IMG/VR virus record: IMGVR_UViG_2061766007_004155
Direction: 5' to 3' (one strand)
DNA: 20,000 bases
DNA from: an uncultured virus (IMG/VR IMGVR_UViG_2061766007_004155)
Lineage: Duplodnaviria; Heunggongvirae; Uroviricota; Caudoviricetes
This document shows positions 15,904 through 20,000 of this stretch, in pieces (position 1 is the first letter of the stretch; each line of letters begins with the position of its first letter). The notes under the pieces were generated by a model. It made no database searches, had not been told where the DNA came from, and saw only the letters and a list, made by a program, of their open reading frames with translations. The position numbers and the translations under genes are program-made.

Positions 15904-16028
15904 GTCTGCTCTATCCTTTCAATGTCCTCAATGTTTGCATAGGATTCATGGTCAATCATGATAACGTCTCCCATGAATTCAATCTCACTGCAATCGTAAT
16001 AACCGCCACCATAATAGTAAATTCTCAT
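15900..16028 (-). CDS. 42-aa acidic protein (not in ORF track)
   Basis: MRIYYYGGGYYDCSEIEFMGDVIMIDHESYANIEDIERIEQT; ATGA overlaps at both ends. Confidence 0.65.
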   Translation of the reverse strand: MRIYYYGGGYYDCSEIEFMGDVIMIDHESYANIEDIERIEQT

Positions 16029-16279
16029 GCACCATACCTCTTTCTGCTGTCTGCATAGGCGTAATTGCCGTACATCATATAGCTTTTGTTTTTGTCATCA
16101 GCTTCGTTCATCGCAAGTTTCTTTGATGTATAAACTTCTGCTGACACTACATTACCTATGTTCCGCAACTCTGCGCAAATGTTAGTTCCGGATTCAAAAG
16201 TCCAGACACCAGCGCATCTCTTTCCCTGTTTTTCTTTTACGATAACCGCATAAACGTTTGTGTTAATAATTCTTGCCAT
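16025..16279 (-). CDS. Hypothetical protein
   Basis: GAGG RBS; 84 aa. Confidence 0.7.
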   Translation of the reverse strand: MARIINTNVYAVIVKEKQGKRCAGVWTFESGTNICAELRNIGNVVSAEVYTSKKLAMNEADDKNKSYMMYGNYAYADSRKRYGA

Positions 16280-16293
16280 GTTCTATACCTCTT

Positions 16294-16464
16294 TCAGCAT
16301 ACTTTAATGACGGCTTCTTTGCCGTATATTTCCTGAAACTTCTGCTTCACGATTTGCGCTAACCCTTCAGATTTAACTTTCGCCAGCAGTTCATCCTGTA
16401 AATCTCCGCTCATCCCCGGTTGGCGTTTACAGGTAACTCTAACCTCATACCATGTTTTACTCAT
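16294..16464 (-). CDS. 56-aa protein (not in ORF track)
   Basis: AAGGAGG RBS; MSKTWYEVRVTCKRQPGMSGDLQDELLAKVKSEGLA... Confidence 0.65.
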   Translation of the reverse strand: MSKTWYEVRVTCKRQPGMSGDLQDELLAKVKSEGLAQIVKQKFQEIYGKEAVIKVC

Positions 16465-16478
16465 TTTTAAACCCTCCT

Positions 16479-16607
16479 TTAGTTTTCACCATTTATTATT
16501 GCGTTTATTGCCATCATCAGTTTATGGCAAGGGAATTCAGAACATTTCTCGCATTCTTCAAACGGTTTTATTATCATACCGTTTTCATTTACACAATCTT
16601 CATGCAT
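16479..16607 (-). CDS. 42-aa Cys-containing protein (not in ORF track)
   Basis: MHEDCVNENGMIIKPFEECEKCSEFPCHKLMMAINAIINGEN. Confidence 0.5.
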   Translation of the reverse strand: MHEDCVNENGMIIKPFEECEKCSEFPCHKLMMAINAIINGEN

Positions 16608-16695
16608 TTCAATTCATCCCTTTCAGATTTTCCAATTTTAAATTATCATGGTAGTCTATACATAAAAACGTATTAGTATTTATATAAAAGACGGC

Positions 16696-16974
16696 TCACT
16701 TACTAACAGTGAACCGTCTCTGCGTTGTGGTCTTTGTGAACATGTTGTACAGGTCTGCATGTTCTTTTTTGAACGCGGAAGAATCAAAAGCAGATTTGAA
16801 AAATGTACTCCACCTGACTATGTACTTCCCGGCAACAAGTTCTTCAGTTTCGCGGTTAAGCATCTCCTGTTTGATTTGATCTGTTAATCCTTCTACCATC
16901 TCTTTCGCTTCATCCAGAATTTTCATCCACTCTTCACGCTGCGCGACAAGATTTTCAAGTTCGTTGTTAGCCAT
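16696..16974 (-). CDS. Stand-alone protein resembling the C-terminal region of YqaJ-type phage exonucleases
   Basis: Coiled coil, then IKQEM..YIVRW..FDSSAFKKEHADLY..FTK...RRFTV; AAGGAG RBS. Confidence 0.65.
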   Translation of the reverse strand: MANNELENLVAQREEWMKILDEAKEMVEGLTDQIKQEMLNRETEELVAGKYIVRWSTFFKSAFDSSAFKKEHADLYNMFTKTTTQRRFTVSK

Positions 16975-16975
16975 G

Positions 16976-17122
16976 TTATTTATTCTCCTTTTCAATATAA
17001 TAATTTTCAGCTTTCAGATAATCTTTATCCCACACATAATAACCGCCCTTGTACTCAAAGGCACAAGGGCAATCTTTATCAACAGTCCATGCAACTTTTT
17101 CACCAATTACAACGCCGAACAT
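16976..17122 (-). CDS. 48-aa protein (not in ORF track)
   Basis: GAGGAGG RBS; MFGVVIGEKVAWTVDKDCPCAFEYKGGYYVWDKDYLKAENYYIEKENK. Confidence 0.55.
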   Translation of the reverse strand: MFGVVIGEKVAWTVDKDCPCAFEYKGGYYVWDKDYLKAENYYIEKENK

Positions 17123-17131
17123 TATTCCTCC

Positions 17132-17509
17132 TCATTCAAACAATGTTATATACTCGTCTATGCCGTTTGATAAGTTCATATAATCTTCGCTGTTTGGATT
17201 TACATGTTTGTACATCTGCGAGAAGTACCATCTATTATCTCTGTCAATATATGGATACCATTTCGGAGCGTCAGGGCTGCATTGCTTCGCTGAAAAATAA
17301 TTTGCATAAGGAAATCGGTTATGATCTACAGCTCCGCCTATCTTATTGATAATTGATACTTCAATTTCTGTATCCCGGCATATCAGTTTAGCTCTGTTCC
17401 CGTTCTGGAAAGCGATATATGCCGAATCGCCGACAAAATGAAATCCGTTTTTATATTTTGAGTACAGTGAAATATTTTTTAATGTTTCAATGCGTATATT
17501 GTTATTCAT
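17132..17509 (-). CDS. Hypothetical protein
   Basis: GGAGG RBS; 125 aa. Confidence 0.75.
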   Translation of the reverse strand: MNNNIRIETLKNISLYSKYKNGFHFVGDSAYIAFQNGNRAKLICRDTEIEVSIINKIGGAVDHNRFPYANYFSAKQCSPDAPKWYPYIDRDNRWYFSQMYKHVNPNSEDYMNLSNGIDEYITLFE

Positions 17510-17650
17510 TGATTATCCCTCCACTACTCTATAAGAATTATGGCTTNNNNNNNNNNNNNNNNNNNNNNNNNNNNNNNNNNNNNNNNNNNNNNGCTTTTTC
17601 AGAAAAGCATAACCACTTGAAAGAATTGTATCTAACATTTCATGCCTCCA

Positions 17651-17989
17651 TTAATATGCGGAATAAATATCATATTTCGGCTGAATAGTTTCATTCAGAT
17701 TTTCTATGCATTTTGAAACAACTTCTTTCATGTACTCCCATTTTGCTTTCGGCATCCTCACCAGTTCATCAATTGCGTTCTTCCGGTTGTAGCCGTCAAT
17801 AATTTTATAGCCGGTTGTTAGCTCTGTTATCGTCCATACATCATGCTTCTTTCCGTCTATTCCGACATTAGATACTCCGAATCTAACATTGCCGATGTTA
17901 AATACATAGCCAGGAATCATATTCATTGGATTCATTGGATTTTTGTCTGCTGATTTTCTAACAGAAATACGATAATTAACTTTTTCCAT
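17651..17989 (-). CDS. Hypothetical protein
   Basis: AAGGAG RBS; WTITELTTGY motif. Confidence 0.75.
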   Translation of the reverse strand: MEKVNYRISVRKSADKNPMNPMNMIPGYVFNIGNVRFGVSNVGIDGKKHDVWTITELTTGYKIIDGYNRKNAIDELVRMPKAKWEYMKEVVSKCIENLNETIQPKYDIYSAY

Positions 17990-18019
17990 CTTTTTTTCTC
18001 CTTATGTTTTATAGATTTT

Positions 18020-18229
18020 TTAGTTAATAGGGAAGTGGCTGTCTATCAGATTATAAATATAATTGAAAGCCGTCTCTGTTAGTAATTCACATAAACGGCT
18101 GCCATCATTTTTCATGATTATATTCTTCAGTTTTTCCACAGTTTCCGGCGTGATGTTTTTATCCATAATGTCTAGACAGCTTTCCAAGTCTTCATTATCT
18201 AATGTGTAAAGAAAAAATGGTTTATTCAT
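18020..18229 (-). CDS. Hypothetical protein
   Basis: GAGGAG RBS; 69 aa. Confidence 0.65.
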   Translation of the reverse strand: MNKPFFLYTLDNEDLESCLDIMDKNITPETVEKLKNIIMKNDGSRLCELLTETAFNYIYNLIDSHFPIN

Positions 18230-18251
18230 TGCTTTTTAGCTCCTCTCATAA

Positions 18252-18605
18252 TTACACAGATAACAGATTGTACAGTTCTTGTGACTCTTGCCTATCATGG
18301 ATCGCAACGGCTCCATACATTCCCTCGATAGCTTGTGAAAATCTGCTGTCACAAGTTGCACAATAGTTTCCGCCCATCATCCATCCTGCGCCTGACGGTC
18401 TATCTATCGGTTCCACGTGGAAAACATCTCGCCCGAACAAGTGACGCTTTACCAGTTTGCACAGATTTGCCGGTTTATTGTTTTCATCAATATTAATCCA
18501 TCCCTGATCGCAAACAACCAGAAGGGAAGAAAACCGGGAAGAAATACCCCCATTTGTAAAGTCACCCTTGCCATGCCTGAATACTTCAACCGGAATAGCT
18601 TTCAT
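18252..18605 (-). CDS. Conserved-type phage hypothetical protein (TNGGISS...GGNY...DSRF...IHDR)
   Basis: Recognisable motif set; AAGGA RBS. Confidence 0.8.
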   Translation of the reverse strand: MKAIPVEVFRHGKGDFTNGGISSRFSSLLVVCDQGWINIDENNKPANLCKLVKRHLFGRDVFHVEPIDRPSGAGWMMGGNYCATCDSRFSQAIEGMYGAVAIHDRQESQELYNLLSV

Positions 18606-18610
18606 ATTTT

Positions 18611-18904
18611 TCAGTTCCTTTCAATACCGTTTTCAAAATAACCTATGTATCTCATATACACGATCTCATCATCTGTTATGTCATCTGTTCCGTTATCACA
18701 GAAAACCATTGAACAAAAATCGTTATACATCCAATCTTCTATGCCCTCATACTCCCACAGATTGCCGTCTTCCGTCACGATGTAAAGCGTATCAGACGGA
18801 ATGTCATATCCTGCAACTCTGCCGACAGTTGAATAATAACTAAAGTTTACTGACATAAACAACACTATTGCCATTGCCAAAATGTTGTTGAAATGCTTTT
18901 TCAT
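18611..18904 (-). CDS. Secreted or membrane-anchored hypothetical protein
   Basis: MKK plus hydrophobic N-terminus; DGNLW...DNGT..ITDDEI; AAGGAG RBS. Confidence 0.7.
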   Translation of the reverse strand: MKKHFNNILAMAIVLFMSVNFSYYSTVGRVAGYDIPSDTLYIVTEDGNLWEYEGIEDWMYNDFCSMVFCDNGTDDITDDEIVYMRYIGYFENGIERN

Positions 18905-18929
18905 TTTTAAGCTACTCCTTTCAGATTTT

Positions 18930-19124
18930 TCAGTCCATAAATTTTTCTTGACGTTCAAGTATCATATTTTCCCAATAACAACCTTCCTCGTATGTTGGCT
19001 CTGCAACACGCGCCGGGGCAAGGTCAAACCTTACTGGCTTGCAATCAAAGCAAATGTCACCGGCAAACGTGCATCCGTTAACGCCATTAATTATTTCTTT
19101 TCCGCATATTCTACAGATTTTCAT
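18930..19124 (-). CDS. Zinc-finger hypothetical protein
   Basis: GGAGG RBS; CRICG...ICFDC. Confidence 0.7.
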   Translation of the reverse strand: MKICRICGKEIINGVNGCTFAGDICFDCKPVRFDLAPARVAEPTYEEGCYWENMILERQEKFMD

Positions 19125-19128
19125 TCTA

Positions 19129-19215
19129 TTACCTCCCTGTAACATTTCCGCCGACATAGCCTACTACAACCATTACTGCACCAATTATTGACCACATAAG
19201 ACACCATTCTATCAT
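19129..19215 (-). CDS. 28-aa single-TM peptide (not in ORF track)
   Basis: MIEWCLMWSIIGAVMVVVGYVGGNVTGR; AGGAGG RBS; ATGA overlap. Confidence 0.5.
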   Translation of the reverse strand: MIEWCLMWSIIGAVMVVVGYVGGNVTGR

Positions 19216-19460
19216 GCCATGAATTCCTCCTGTATTTTGGTTTTCAATGTTTTAACCATCATCATTTTTGCCCTGTAGTTTTCGATCTGCTGCGCCGTTA
19301 TCCATTCCGGTTTTGCAATGTTGAAAAGCTCTTTCATTTTTTCGATCTGTCCTTCAACTGTCCCTGCCCACAGATGCGCCTCAAAACCATATCCGTTTCC
19401 AAGATAATAATCGCAATCAGATTTCAACCGGCCTAACATCATGTTTTCAAATTCAAACAT
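19212..19460 (-). CDS. LPD11 (large polyvalent protein-associated domain 11) protein
   Basis: MLGRLKSDCDYYLGNG..LWAG.VEGQIEKMKELFN..KPEWIT..QIENY. Confidence 0.75.
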   Translation of the reverse strand: MFEFENMMLGRLKSDCDYYLGNGYGFEAHLWAGTVEGQIEKMKELFNIAKPEWITAQQIENYRAKMMMVKTLKTKIQEEFMA

Positions 19461-19516
19461 TTTTCTTTTTCCTTTCGTTTTTTGTAGATTTTTCAATAAA
19501 TAGGGGATTATTAATA

Positions 19517-19544
19517 GACTGTACAGATTCGCACCTGTACAGTC
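19517..19544. repeat. Perfect 10-bp inverted repeat / GNRA hairpin
   Basis: GACTGTACAG-N8-CTGTACAGTC, probably intergenic. Confidence 0.75.
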
Positions 19545-19561
19545 CATGATATAATCCTCTA

Positions 19562-19804
19562 TTAATAACACCGCGCTGTAACTACGCCATTTCGTATTGT
19601 AAACGCCTGATTCTGCGCATAATAGTATGCATTATCATAAGAGTCTACTTCGTGAATATGCCAGATTTCGTTGTCGTTTAAATTCCATCTCATTTCGTTT
19701 AATACTTTCAAGATTTTTTCCGCGCTGCGATCCGATACTTTCCGGGCACTCCTAGCGTTGTAAAAGAATTCCTGTCCCTTAATACTTTTTGCTATTACTT
19801 TCAT
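19562..19804 (-). CDS. Hypothetical protein
   Basis: AAGGAG RBS before MKVIAK. Confidence 0.7.
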   Translation of the reverse strand: MKVIAKSIKGQEFFYNARSARKVSDRSAEKILKVLNEMRWNLNDNEIWHIHEVDSYDNAYYYAQNQAFTIRNGVVTARCY

Positions 19805-19820
19805 GTTCTTCAATTCTCCT

Positions 19821-20000
19821 TTACAGATTTTCGGCAATGTATTCAACCGTTTGTTTGATAAATTCATCGATAGAATCAACGGCGTAAATATCTCCGTTCA
19901 AACAGTCAAATATAACAACTCTTTCATAATTCAAAACCGCATAGTCAACACCTTCAAAATCATCAATATGATCTAGAAACAGTTTTTCATCTTCTGTCAT
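19821..20000 (-). CDS. Acidic hypothetical protein (may extend beyond window)
   Basis: Open frame MTEDEKLFLDHIDDFEGVDYAV...EYIAENL. Confidence 0.6.
   Translation of the reverse strand: MTEDEKLFLDHIDDFEGVDYAVLNYERVVIFDCLNGDIYAVDSIDEFIKQTVEYIAENL

Larger units (their letters stand above)
1..20000 (-). mobile_element. Phage/prophage early-middle gene region (large tailed phage, probable Firmicutes host)
   Basis: About 55 co-oriented, short, overlapping ORFs with AGGAGG-type RBSs. Includes HNH endonucleases, DUF551, Lar-like, RuvC-like and tyrosine recombinase genes. No housekeeping operon context. Confidence 0.85.

Noticed and set aside
17512..17643. Small ORF (MLDTILSSGYAFLKK...) across the second N gap
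   Set aside because: Frame and end cannot be determined through the gap.
234..19142. All plus-strand ORFs in the track (e.g. 14792-15463, 223 aa)
   Set aside because: They are antisense shadows of well-supported minus-strand genes, with no recognisable motifs.
19517..19544. tRNA gene suggested by GGTGCGAATC
   Set aside because: Only a single hairpin is present; there is no cloverleaf.
16624..19831. Recurrent AAAATCT motif before RBSs in the early block
   Set aside because: The 7-mer is AT-rich and also occurs within coding sequence (ENL, KI codons), so it cannot be distinguished from chance.

Overview
A 20-kb, roughly 39% GC (estimated by eye) segment of a large tailed phage or prophage, probably of a Firmicutes (Clostridia-like) host. 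Nearly all credible genes (about 55) lie on the minus strand. They are tightly packed and translationally coupled, and no structural genes are present. In transcription order (right to left) there are two blocks. (i) 20000-12700 is an AT-rich early/leading-type block of small proteins: LPD11, a YqaJ-C-terminus-like protein, and a sigma70 region-4/RNAP alpha-CTD fusion. It ends at an intrinsic terminator (12654-12686). (ii) 12565-1 is a long operon with an AT-hook protein, a tyrosine recombinase, a RuvC-like resolvase, many small Cys-rich proteins (DUF551, Lar-like), three HNH-type endonucleases, an alpha/beta-hydrolase and an IscS/NifS cysteine desulfurase that runs off the left edge. The most notable observations are these. 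Two HNH genes appear to have inserted into the 3' ends of their upstream neighbours and now carry those genes' canonical C-terminal tails. A repeated gene-junction motif and shared gene starts suggest cassette shuffling. The sigma4-alphaCTD fusion is a candidate transcription hijacker, and the phage carries its own IscS. Family assignments come from motif recognition, not database searches. Two N-gaps (214-233, 17547-17592) limit interpretation locally.
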